A stretch of 64,000 bases of DNA from Harriotta raleighana (taxonomy: Eukaryota), in contig JBNZDD010013640.1 of assembly GCA_050575255.1 (NCBI GenBank), forward strand, positions 2,530,834 through 2,594,833. The letters run 5' to 3'. A program made the position numbers and the translations under genes. Positions 52,798-64,000 of this stretch are shown in pieces. Position 1 is the first letter of the stretch. The number at the start of each line of letters is the position of its first letter. The notes beneath the pieces are model-generated. The model saw only the letters and a program-made list of their open reading frames with translations. It did no database searches and was not told the origin of the DNA.

Positions 52798-53785
52798 ATC
52801 AATCAATCAATAAAAATTCCATTTATTTAGTGCCTTTCACATTGGGAGGATGTCCCAAGGTACTGTACAGTCAAGTAGGGATCAGAGCAGGTGGGGAGGG
52901 GTCGGGGGAAGGAAACTAGGAAAAATTGACTGTATATTTGTGGGCGAAACACGGCAGCCAAATTGCGCACAGCAGTGTCCCACCAACAGTCATGGAAGTG
53001 GGGTTAGGGGAGAAGGTGGGGAAAGATGGCAAGGGGAGGGGTCGGAGTAGGGAGAAGGGGAACAGGAAAAAACGACCGTTTATTTGTGGGCGAAATAATA
53101 ATATATCATTATAAACGAGGAAGAGAAGGGAACCAAGGATGGATCGTTGGGGTACCCCGCAGGTGACCGGGTGGAAGCGAGAAAAAAAACGATTTGCGGT
53201 GATGTAGTGCTGGTGGTTTGTAACTACAGCAAAAGGTACATGAGCCAATTAGTTGAACTGAGTATTCGAACCAGTGTTTCAACAAGAACTTGGATTTAGA
53301 TAGTGCCCTACACACGGGGTAGCATCCCGGAGCATTTATAATGTTAAAAACAACAACAGTACATTTGTTAATTGTTCCAGCCTGGAGCATGCAAGCTCAT
53401 TAACAAGTAACGTTGACGAGTGTTTGGTGTGGTGGGTTTACTATCAGTCGGCGATCAACCCTCCACGTCTGGTCGCAGAGCAGATATAACGATATTTGGA
53501 ACTGCCGGAGGCAATTCCAGACTTCTGGAAGAGTTGACGGAACTGAATAAACAAAGGCGACTTTCTGAGGAGTGGGTTCGCAATTGCAAACCGACAAAGG
53601 AAGAAGCCGAAGAAAGAAGTGGCTGCCTTCTAAAAATAAACGCCCAAGAATTCTTTAAAGTCTCCCCAAAACCAAAAAAAGGGGAAAAAGCGGCAGAACA
53701 AGAGCGATCGATTGGGTACTCTCCCAGAGTAACTCCAGCTCTGGATCCTCCAAAATGGAATGAGCGAGCAGACTGATTTTCCAAA
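52798..53785 (-). mobile_element. Composite, internally deleted L2-like element: CpG-rich putative 5' region + short RT remnant + Deu-module 3' end
   Basis: VTCGVPQRSILGSLLFLVY at ~53105-53215; 3' end matches 779-1133 including (ATTG)n; link of the 5' block to the element is inferred. Confidence 0.55.
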
Positions 53786-55089
53786 GCCCCACTCTAACCT
53801 CAAACAAGTGCCCAACCTCCTGCAAGGTCATCCTCCTGACACAAAAGCTACTATATTGATGTATATTATGTTGTATTTGTTAATTCATATTTTATTCAAT
53901 TAACTTATTTAATAAATGTTAATTAACTCTCCACCACTCCTGATCCCAGCCCCCAAGTTGGAGTTCAAATCTCCAACTGTCAAGCCGCTTGGGACATCCT
54001 CCCAAAGTGCGAGGTGCTGAACAACTGTAATTAGTTGTTTAATTATCCCTCCCAGCCCTTGGCAACTTGGCCAACTCACATCCTTGCCAGATACATTCAC
54101 AGTGACACTTAATGCTGAACAAAACACAATAACGGTTATGCAGAAAGGAATTTCTTTTGATCTTTTGCAGTGATAAGGAAATGTACCAGTGGAAATGGCT
54201 GTTCAGACTTCTTTGAGTTAAAGACTTTAATAACTAGTTGTGAAGGTACAATAAGANGCCAGATACATTCACAGTGACACTTAATGCTGAACAAAACACA
54301 ATAACGGACAATGCAGAAAGGAATTTCTTTTGATCTTTTGCAGTGATAAGAAAACGTACCAGTGGAAATGGCTGTTCAGACTTCTTTGAGTTAAAGTGGA
54401 GAGGATGGGGGGTCACCCCATGTGATGCCCATAACAATTCNGCCTCTGTGTTAACAGGTACAATAAGAGAATTAAACACTACCTTTTCCCATCCTATCCA
54501 CTTTAACTCACTTTAAACCATGACGGATCACTCCGTCATTGCTGCAACAATGGGGGAGTTTGCATTTATTCTGTTTGCATTGGCTTAGATAGAGACATTT
54601 TTTTTTAATCAAGAGAATAAATGTAATATTTCAAAAGACCAAGTTCACAATGAGTCTGTGATGTTTGTAAACCAGATTAATATTACTTGCCAGCCATTTT
54701 TTCAGATATCAGCAGTTTGAGATTTATAGAGCACTGGCTATCAAGTTTCCAATTCAATATTTACAAACTGGAAGTCACAATTCATGGTTTGCAGATGTCT
54801 CAAATTTGACCACAAAGTACAATATGTTTAAAATAGAGATGTACAGTGTTGCACTTATTCTACCTGTTTCATGGCCTACATTGGGTTATACCGTTATATC
54901 CAACCATTCTAGATGGCATTTGTATAATGTTCACTCAGAAAGCTTGGAGCATATAATTTAATCGTTGGTATCACTTGTAATTCAAGCAGATTATCAGAAG
55001 GCATGAAACTATCGATATCTAGTTACGTTGGAATGACAATTAAAATATTTTCTTGAATATTGGAGTGAAAATGTGATAACATAAGAAGA

Positions 55090-55650
55090 AGAATTTGGAT
55101 TTACATAGTGCACTTCAAGTATAACAATGTGTCAGAGTGCTTTAAAGGGGTGGAGCAGGAGTGGGGGGAGAGGTGTGGTGGTTGTGGAGCAGGAGAGAAG
55201 AGGAAAATGGAGGGGGAAATGCATGGTTGAAGAGTTAAGTCTCCAGGTAGGATGTGAGGGGGTTAGATGGAGGGGTTGAGGGAGGGATTTCCAAATGTTA
55301 AGGCTATGGATAGGAAAGATTGTCCACTGATTATCATAGGTTACGGCAGGGGACAACCTTTCCAATCCATACCTTCATGCAGCAAATCTGCATAAATCAA
55401 TTGGATGGGGCAAGCAGAAGAATGGGGTATGTGGAGTTTGGAGATATAGAAAGACGCTACAGAATTAAGGAATTTGTAGGTGAGGATGAAGACCTTGAAA
55501 TCAATCCACTCAATGACAGTGAAACCTGTAAACTGGGATGATAGACATATAGAGGTTGGTGAGGTTGAGGATTGATTGATGGATTTTTAGATTAGTTGAA
55601 GTTTTTGGATGGTGGAATGAGGGAGATGAGTGAAGACTCCTTGCCTCTGT
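55090..55650 (-). mobile_element. Old L2 3' fragment
   Basis: GTGAGGATGAAGACCTTGAAATCAATCC (IDFKVFILT on minus strand) and L2 terminus. Confidence 0.7.
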
Positions 55651-56847
55651 GTTAACAGGTACAATAAGAGAATTAAACACTACCTTTTCCCACAATATTC
55701 TTATGGCTAGCTACAATTCTGAAATAATTACTACTGGGTTCCCATCTGATTTATAACGATTTCAATTTTCTCTTTCAGAATTAGAAGGTAAAATTTGTGT
55801 CATTTCATAATGCATTCAATGTGATAATTTCCATTCTTGACATAATTATCATTGTAAAGTTACATGAGGACAGTTGAAACAATTGAGGCAGCACAGAAAG
55901 TTTTTCAAATAACCTTCACAACTAGTTATTAAAGTCTACCAACCATGTCAGCAAGAGTGGCTTATGCTGACAGAAACCATGAACAATAACTGTATAAGCT
56001 CTTTTCACAGTACTGTTATAATATCATGGAATATCAAATATATTAAATATCAGTAAGGAAATGAAACAATCTATGGGCTATTTTCTCCTTTACTCGGTTT
56101 TATTTATAAATCTGCAAGCTGCATGCTCTGATACATAAATACTGAAGAACCAAAATAATTGTTTCCCTCCTCCCCTCTTCCCGTATATCTCTCATTGAAG
56201 ACCACAAGTTAAACTAGGGCAACCCTGACAAGCTTTTATTATACATCTCAATGTTAAAGTGTAGCAGGAATATTTTCTTTTAAAAACCTGTGCAATTCTA
56301 TGTAAACTGCTCATAGCTAATATTATTTTTCACTGTTTCCACTATGGCAATTTAAAGTCATCGTCAACACATTGGAATCAAATAAATAGTCCACACATGT
56401 AGCCAGCACTTATAACAAAGATCACAAAACTTTTACGTTATGGTGTCATGTAACATCATGGTTCATGAGGATTTGAACATATCACGTGCGTTCAGATTCC
56501 TAAATATTCATTTTTAAACATAACTTAAATCAGGCCTATGCCTTAGTAATTAAACAGCAACTAGTTAAATTGGCCAATGGGCTCCCCTACAAAATACATT
56601 GATGGTATATCCTTTGAAGCCTTTTGAAACATCCTCTCAAAGTGAAAGGCGTTACATTGTACTATATAAAAACCGAGTGCTTCAGCAATGATACACAATT
56701 TCCTTACAGTCTCTTGTCTATGAACCACAGCAATAATTGCATTTATATCAGGAGGACATCCGAAGGTGCTAAACTGTAGTTTGGGTTTGGGTTGGGGACC
56801 AAAAGGGGAGGGCTTTGGGGGAACGGATGACCTTTCATCTTTGGCAC

Positions 56848-57162
56848 AATAATAATAATAATCCTTGCATTTAATATAGCGCTTTTCACATCTTATCAAT
56901 GTCCCAAAGCGCTTCACAGAATACACTGTAAAGTGAATTGACTGTATATTTGTGGGCGGAACAGCAGTGTCCCACAAACAGCAGTGGATTGAAATGACCA
57001 ATTTTATTATTGTGTTTTTTTTTTTTGGCGGGATTATTATTAGGCGTGTGGAGTAAGGAAACTTACCCAAGGTTTCGCCCTGAACTGCCTGGATTTGAAC
57101 ATAGGTCTCATGCTTGTAAGGCCTTAAGGCGAGTGCTCTAACCACTGAACTATAGGAGCTCC
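56848..57162 (-). mobile_element. Full-length tRNA-headed SINE inserted in an older L2 3' end
   Basis: Reverse complement of the full SINE; L2 tail pieces on both sides. Confidence 0.9.
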
Positions 57163-58629
57163 ACATTGTCAAAGAGGAAGGTCTTGAGATAGATCTTGAA
57201 GGTGGTGAAGGAAATGACAAAGCTAAGATCTCCGTGATAGAGTTCCAAAGAGTGGGGGGACCATCTATTTCCCCTGTGGTCTTCAGAGGTTAGTCAGCAA
57301 GGTGAACATCAAACATCTGAAATTTTTAGCAGGAAATTCTAGATACTGTACATCCAACGCTAATGGGATAGACATTTATTTGATAGAAGATCTAGATGAA
57401 GGGACTATGCACAAGCATTCAGGCCACCACAAAGGTTGAAAAGGATAGAATAGAAATCGAGATAAGCCAATAGAAAGTGGTTATATGTACCAATCTTAAG
57501 GTTTAAGAGATTGTAGATTGTCCGAGAAAGGTAAGATTGAGAAACATAAATTCCATAGTTGAACTGGATTCAGAAAAGAGTAGGTAAAATCTAACCGGTG
57601 AACCACAACATCAAGTGTACACAGAAGGGAGAGGGAAACGCTTGCAAGTCAATATAAAATTTGGGACAAAACATGAGAGCAGCAGTCATATTTATAGTGC
57701 ATTATTGACAAAATAGAGAAATGCATGAAAGGCTGTGATAAGAGAGAGCAGCTGCAAGCTGCAGGTGAGAGTGAGAGATCACAAACCTTGGCCAGCTGTA
57801 CAAGTAAGCTGCCACAAAAACTCGCCAGATATAGGATTGGTTTCTGGGTCAGTTTTAGCATTGCATGTGTACTAGCGATCAGGAGATAGGAAGGTCAACA
57901 ACGCCGATAGATGAAAAAGATTAACAATGGAGCCATCAAAGACAAGAGGTGGTAGTTGTTGATGAAGTTTGCAAGAGATAAATTTGAACTTGAACAATGA
58001 CACACAGATACAGATGTCCATGGGTACAAGGCTACCATGGAATGTTTCCAGCCATCTCTGAGCTCTACTATCATGTTGAAGTTGGAAAGAGGGGAGAAAT
58101 GTTCACACTCATAAATCCCCTGTACCTTTGGTTTGACTTTAATTATCAGCGAAGTGATAATTCTCACAAAACACATCGGATTTGTCACCCCTTGTATCTG
58201 CAAGGAGATGAATTAGGACTTTCTATTCTCCTGATGTGAGGGTAATTAAGGTTTAGTGGTACAGCCTTTGCGCTGAAAAAGGAATACAGTTTGTGGAAAC
58301 TGAGGCCTCCAATTTATAAGAAATTGATGAATGTGAAGTGGCATTACTAAGAGAATGGATTGAACTGAACATAAATAATAATAATCCTTGCATTTGATAT
58401 AGGCAAAACACCTCAAGGAGCTTCACAATTTTTACGATTGTGTATTTGTAGATAAACATGACAGACAACTTGCACACATAATGTACCACAAATGGCCAAG
58501 AGGTAAGTGATCAATTTACATGGGNCACATAATGTACCACAAATGGCCAAGAGGTAAATGATCAATTTACATGGGGAATTATTGGTCAGAAGATTGGGAG
58601 GCGAGCAAAGGAGGGTCCAAACTATGGAA

Positions 58630-59500
58630 GGATTTAAAAGTGAGGATATTGAACTTGATTCTCTAAGGCAGTGGTGGCCAATAAAATAAATTTCCTTGAT
58701 TTAATATTTATTGAGTTAAACTGTACATCAACAGATATTCAATGAAGAAAAACTGAAAACACCACTGATCAAATATGGACTTACTAAGACTCATCTGAAT
58801 GCTTGGGGTGGGGGGAGGCTGCTTCCTGATGTGTCCCGCTGACCATAGATCGGCCATCACTTATTTTAAGGATCGGAAGGCAAAGAAACTTGGCAAGAAT
58901 GGGGATGATAGGCTTGCAGGAGAAGACACAAGTTGCAAATTTTTGAATGGACTGCAGCTTGTGGAGGGAAAGGCTGGGGAGCCTATTGAGCAGACAGTTG
59001 GCGTAGTCAACATAGTCAAGCTAAGGTATAAAATAAAACCATATATAAGGGTCTCAGTGGCCCAAGGGGAGAGGCAGTGGCAGAGGAGGGCAATGTTGTG
59101 TAGGTGCAGAAAAGATGAATGGGTCAAGGCATTGATGTATTGAAAGTCGAACAAGACATTGAGGTTCCTCACTGGATTTATGAGGTGGAGCGTGCATCTA
59201 TGTAGATTAATGCTGTCAACACATGAGGTGAAATGCTGGCTCTCATCCAGGACTTGATGATTCTGTAAGGTGAATTGACTGTATATATGTGGACGAAATG
59301 CGGCAGCCAATTGCACACAGCATTGTCCCACACACAGTGGTGGATTGAAATGACCAATTTATTATTGTTTTTATTTGAGGCAAACAGTCAGAACAGCAGT
59401 GCTCCTGGAATGGAGAGTGGAAGCAGAGAGATACAGTTGGGTGACATCCGCATATATGTGGAAGTTAGTCCCATGCCTGCGGATGAGGGTTGCTAAATGG
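58630..59500 (-). mobile_element. Old L2 RT fragment with a nested SINE piece (~59260-59375)
   Basis: HIYADVTQLY-like motif, VRNLNVLFD, ATETLI. Confidence 0.72.
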
Positions 59501-59999
59501 TAGCAAAGGCCGTAGGTGGCGAAGCTCAAGGTCACATCATGCTTGTCAACTCTGTTTAACTTCTCCAGAATTCAGTATTCCATATGAAAACTGTTTCTTC
59601 AAGAAAATATGTCTGATCCAGTATTTTTAGAGGCAAACAACTAAGAACACCCCACCCACCCATCCCCACGCACACACACACACTGAAATAAATATAGTTG
59701 AGAATGTGAAGCACAAGAACAACATCTGAACAGTGAAAGGAAAGTCAAAGACCATAAGATCGTAAGAGACAAAAGTGACTGGAACTTAGAGAAGAAAATA
59801 AATGATAGAATATTGAATCAGTTTCTTGACCAGAAAGAATAAAGTAAATTGTCATCTAATTTTTCTTTTACATCCCTGTGCGGATCCCTGGCTGTCCAGC
59901 TGTTTGGGACGTCCTCCTAATGGGAAAGGCTGCTATACACGTGTAATTTGTTGTTACTGTTGTTGCTGTAGTCCACCAAGGAGGATCAATAACCACCAA

Positions 60000-60480
60000 A
60001 TCAGTGGAATCTGAGCATGTTATGTTATGTTGGCATCTTGTTTGACCCTCAACTGTCCTTTCTCCCCATATCCATACCAGGACCTGCACTACTTTCCACT
60101 AGCTCTGCAACATTGCCCGACTCCGACACTGCATCACCCATCAGGCCGGCAACATTCACATACATACATTTGTCATGGAGACTCGACAGCTGGTGAGCGC
60201 TCCCTCTGTTCAGCAGGCCTCCTACTTGTCTCTCGCCCGATCTGTACTACAATCAGTGACTGAACTTTCAGCCTCTTTGCTCCCTTCCTTGCCCCCTTCA
60301 AGGCCCAACTCAAGACCATCCTTTTCCCCTGTGCGTTCAGCCGCTCTCCTACATCTCTGTCCTCCCTCATCCCAACCTTGCCCGTCCCCTCCCCCATGCT
60401 TATTGTTCAGCGCCTTGGGACATCCTCCCAATGTGAAAGGCGCTCCACAAAAGTAATTTTGTTGCTGTTGTTATTGTTGA
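60000..60480 (+). mobile_element. Internally deleted L2 3' fragment
   Basis: GILFDPQLSF, terminal TTGGGACATCCTCCCAATGTGAAAGGCGC. Confidence 0.75.
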
Positions 60481-61113
60481 GAACATATCAGCTTGTCGAT
60501 CTCTTGCACAGTAGCCTTGAACAGAAAAGATTTTGAAAAACATATGTATGTAATCAGTTGATCATTATTAAATGTCGAACCACAATACTGGTCTTTAAAG
60601 GTACAGTTTCAGCAAATGTAATTAACTCAAAATATACAGACAATTAGCAGCAGACAGATAGAACTTGCATGGATAAATATCCTAAAGTAGTTATGGTTTA
60701 AGTATTCAGGTCCTCAGGTCCTTTTGATGTGCTAAATATTAAAGGGACATCTAAACTGGCAGATTGTTCTTACTTATGATGTTGGATAATGGGAATCATG
60801 TAGAATGTCTGTTGCCAGATTGCTGCCTTTTTCCAAGAGTTCCTCTGAATCAAATTGTAAAAAGGAACAACTGTGAAGCAGCAGGATCACTTTTTACAAC
60901 AGTTATGGATAATGGAGGAATTCCCCGGTATCCGCTTCCCCTTTAAATATCTCAAATATTACAAAGCTATTTAGATCTTCCTTAAAAATAGCTTTTGCTG
61001 AATGAAATTACAACCACCTCATAGTGCACCTTTAAGCGTATATCAATGCCCCATTTTTAATCACAAACTTCCTTTTTTTTCTTCAGTAACTTCTCCATTT
61101 ATCAGGAAGGCTC

Positions 61114-61405
61114 TGTACGCTTTGAGGGTAGTGAAACTGTGCGGCTCTCTGTGCAGCGTGCGTTGGTTTTCAATCTGGTAATGGCCATACAATTGATGTT
61201 GGATTCACGCCATTCCATCACAAACAAGGACAGATATCTGCCTCTAACCTATCTCCAATCCCATTCCTGGCAAATTTCTATCCTTGTTTGTGATGGAATG
61301 AAGTGATACAGCATTAATTGTTTGGCCCTCGTCAGATAAAAAATAAATGCTTCTATTGTTCTCTGTACAGAGATCCATGCAGTTTCACTACCCTCAAAGT
61401 GTACA
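61114..61405. repeat. Long imperfect palindrome (~130-bp arms, 26-nt loop)
   Basis: TGTACGCTTTGAGGGTAGTGAAACTG / CAGTTTCACTACCCTCAAAGTGTACA; perfect 20-bp CATTCCATCACAAACAAGGA / TCCTTGTTTGTGATGGAATG. Confidence 0.9.
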
Positions 61406-61559
61406 CTCACTGGGAATAATGTCAGGCCCCCAACCCTCACCATGGTTCACTTTTAGCAAGCAACGATGGTGCCCAGAACTATTCCCGTCTGAGTCAATTT
61501 AAGTGGTTTCTAAAAGAAGATATTTTTATATTGTTCTAATGCTCACAAATTTCAAAGCA

Positions 61560-62025
61560 ATGCCTCCCACCTCTCTGTCAGTTCTGAAAAGCCTCTTCCT
61601 CCCAACATGACCCAGTTCTGACGAAGGGTCGTGGATCCGAAATGTTCGAATCCAGGCAGATCAGGGCGAAACCTTGGGCAAGTTTCCTTACTCCACATGC
61701 CTAATAATAATCCCTCCAAAAAAACCACAATAATAAAAATTAGTCATTTCAATCCATGACTGTTTGTGGGGGGGGGGACGCTGCTGTGCGCAATTGGCTG
61801 CCGTGTTCCACCCACAAATATACAGTCAATTCACTTTGCAGTATATTCTGTGAAGCGTTTTGGGACGTCGATAAGATGTGAAAAGCGCTATAGCAAATGC
61901 AAGGATTAATATTATTATAGATGCTGCCTGACTTGCTGAGTATTCCCAGCGATTTCTGTTTTGGTTTCAGATTTCCAGCATCTGAAACCAAAGCAGAAAT
62001 CGCTGGGAACACTTTGCATTTCAGT
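61560..62025 (+). mobile_element. Penelope-like terminal fragment with hammerhead core, split by a SINE (61643-61917)
   Basis: Homologous to 36298-36515; CTGACGA-A-GGGTC-GTG-GATCC-GAAA. Confidence 0.75.
61614..61646 (+). ncRNA. Minimal type I hammerhead ribozyme motif (3' stem I strand lost)
   Basis: CUGACGA core 61618-61624, stem II GGGUC/GAUCC, GAAA 61639-61642. Confidence 0.6.
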
Positions 62026-62425
62026 TGGATTACGTTTGGATACATTTTCATTTTATAGCAGTTAATGAACTACTGTATTAAAATAAATACCTGTGATTCA
62101 GTATCTGGTTTGAAAGAACTGCCTATAGATGAGCACCAGGATGTAAAGGGATATACTGAAGTAATTTTCACAGATTGAGAACTTCACTTAACACAGTATT
62201 ATATGATAGGCTAAGAGGTCACATCTGGATTCCTAGCTGTATGTGAAACTTGGCCTTATGGTATGCACTGACGATATCAGTTCCCAATGTTCAAATGCCT
62301 GTGTTTTTATATTGCAAAATAACAGTTCAGGAAGACAGTGAAAGAGACACAGAGAGGAGAGTTTTAGAAGGGATATCAGGATAATATAAGGATTCCAAAA
62401 GAGTGTGGTTCTCTCTTTGTAGGTA

Positions 62426-62924
62426 CAGCAAAAGCCCGTTTATCCGTGCCTCGATGAACCGGAAATTCCGTATAACCGGCACGTCAAAAAACAAAGTCCC
62501 CATCTGATTAAACGGAAGTTATCTGGCAGAATAGCGGTGGCACATTTGATGAATTGATTGTCGCACCAGAATACTGTACAGGTATTTCGGCTTGCCTTAA
62601 AGTCGCGTTGCTGTTTTTTTCCTCCCGTGGCGGCCGCCATTGTAGAGGTTAAGTATAAATAATAAAGTACTAATACAATATTCTGTTGTTACAGTATCCG
62701 TTATTAGTGTATTTAGTCTATTATTTGTATGGTACAGTGTACAAAATTTACAATAATGTACTCTTACAATATTCTATTATTATCTGTTATTATTTAGTCT
62801 ATTATTAATCTGGTATGTGTTAAAATAAGTTAATTTTTTTTGTGTTGAGTATTTGGCGTCGGATCTGACCATTTAACCGGCACTGGCCAGGTCCCGTGGG
62901 TGCCGGATAAACGGGCTTTTACTC
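62426..62924. mobile_element. Tigger/pogo-type non-autonomous element
   Basis: TIRs CAGCAAAAGCCCGTTTATCC / GGATAAACGGGCTTTTACT; left TA; same family as 33708-34091 in opposite orientation. Confidence 0.82.
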
Positions 62925-62944
62925 AATGTTGATTGCCCCTAGTG

Positions 62945-63420
62945 AGGAACAACAACCACTTGCACTTATATAGCACCATCCACGTTAGCGACTCAGAGAG
63001 CTTAACAATGGTGGAGCCTGACTCCAAGCTGGAGAGTGGGAGGTCGCCGTAAGAATAGTCGAAGAGAATGGTTTTCAGGTGGGACTTGAAAAGGGTGAAG
63101 AGAGGGGCCAAAGCAAAAGGATTGAGGTAGAGTGTTCCAAAGTTTGGGGGCATAATGGCCTGAAAGTGTGACCTCTGCTGGTGGAGCAGAGGGTGCAGGA
63201 GAAAAGCAGGTGGCTGGTGCCAGTCAAACACGGGTGGTGTGTGGTGGATTGGGGAGTGAGGAGGTCAGAGAGGTAGGGAGGTGCCAGAGAGTGAAGGGAA
63301 TTGAATACGCCTGTGAGGATCTTGAAGTCGATCTGTTCAGTGATAGGGAGCCAGTGGAGCTTGGCCAGAACTGATGAGATGTGGGTTACGGAAGTTGGTC
63401 CGGATAGATATGAGGGTGGC
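62945..63420 (-). mobile_element. L2 3' fragment
   Basis: HISSVLAKLHWLPITEQIDFKIL..LAPPYLSDLL. Confidence 0.85.
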
Positions 63421-63799
63421 AGAGTTCTGACTGAGAAGGCGTTATTCACAAATTGTTAATAAATTCACCCATATGTGGTCATTTGTGCTTATAATGGAAT
63501 TTCAGAGGCGTGTTCAAAGGCGACCTTTCCCCGTCCCAACTGACAGTTCCTACTCTGTTCTCTGATTGAAGCCTTTTATCAATAGAAATATCATTAATCA
63601 ATATTTGTGATTACTGCATTTGTGAGTTTGGAATTTAAGCAGCGTTTTATTTTCCTATAATGTCCAAGATAGTTTATCACAGTTAACCATTCATTGTATA
63701 ACCTCTTGGAAAGAAAAAGGATTCCTACGTATCCTACATTAATATTAACCAAACATTTATTTTGATGTTTGGTTAATATAAATCTAAGTATTATTATTA

Positions 63800-64000
63800 T
63801 TACCAACCTGTCTGCTCCCTCTGTGCAGCAGGCTCTGGCCTGTTTCATGTTCCCTCGCCCATTTCGTCCCGCCATGCCTCTCCGACCCCATTCTTTGGAA
63901 CTCCATCCCACAATCCCTTCACCTTGCTCTCTCCCTTGCCTCCTTCAAGGCAAATCTCAAGACCTTCCTCTTTGATCATGCCTTTGGCTAATCCTCCTTG
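63800..64000 (+). mobile_element. L2 3' fragment running off the window
   Basis: TGGAACTCCATCCCACAATCCCTTC..TCCTTCAAGG..CTCAAGACC. Confidence 0.8.

Noticed and set aside
53420-53784. Overlapping 118-aa and 109-aa ORFs on both strands
   Set aside because: No known ORF1 motifs; explained by GC-richer putative UTR sequence
56561-57220. 219-aa ORF and other ORFs containing PTNIQSIHFTVYSVK...KRYIKCKDYYY
   Set aside because: Read-through of the SINE body and tail; the peptide recurs wherever the SINE does
1-64000. CRISPR arrays, operons, rRNA genes, antigen-receptor RSS clusters
   Set aside because: No repeat-spacer arrays, rRNA or heptamer-nonamer pairs seen; the sequence is eukaryotic and mostly non-coding

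Overview
Repeat-rich, AT-rich, gene-poor vertebrate DNA. The repeat inventory suggests a cartilaginous fish, probably a chimaera (inference): L2 and CR1 LINE fragments, DeuSINE/SacSINE1-like elements, a young tRNA-headed SINE with an L2 tail, Penelope termini with hammerhead motifs, and Tigger/pogo and hAT remnants. No intact gene is recognisable and most listed ORFs are repeat read-throughs. Two minus-strand candidate exons (21115-21130 coding part; 3569-3712) would splice in phase. The most notable items are: (1) a ~1 kb decayed reading frame at 6647-7640 whose motif spacing resembles a parvovirus/densovirus NS1-type SF3 helicase with a degenerate Walker A, preceded by a splice acceptor (candidate endogenous viral element); (2) two diverged, decayed copies of an unidentified coding family at ~18.6-19.3 kb and ~32.6-33.6 kb; (3) a 292-bp palindrome at 61114-61405; (4) a composite L2-like element with tandem SINE-domain modules in its 3' end; (5) Penelope hammerheads and fold-back hairpins. 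All family calls rest on motif recognition from memory; no database searches were run.
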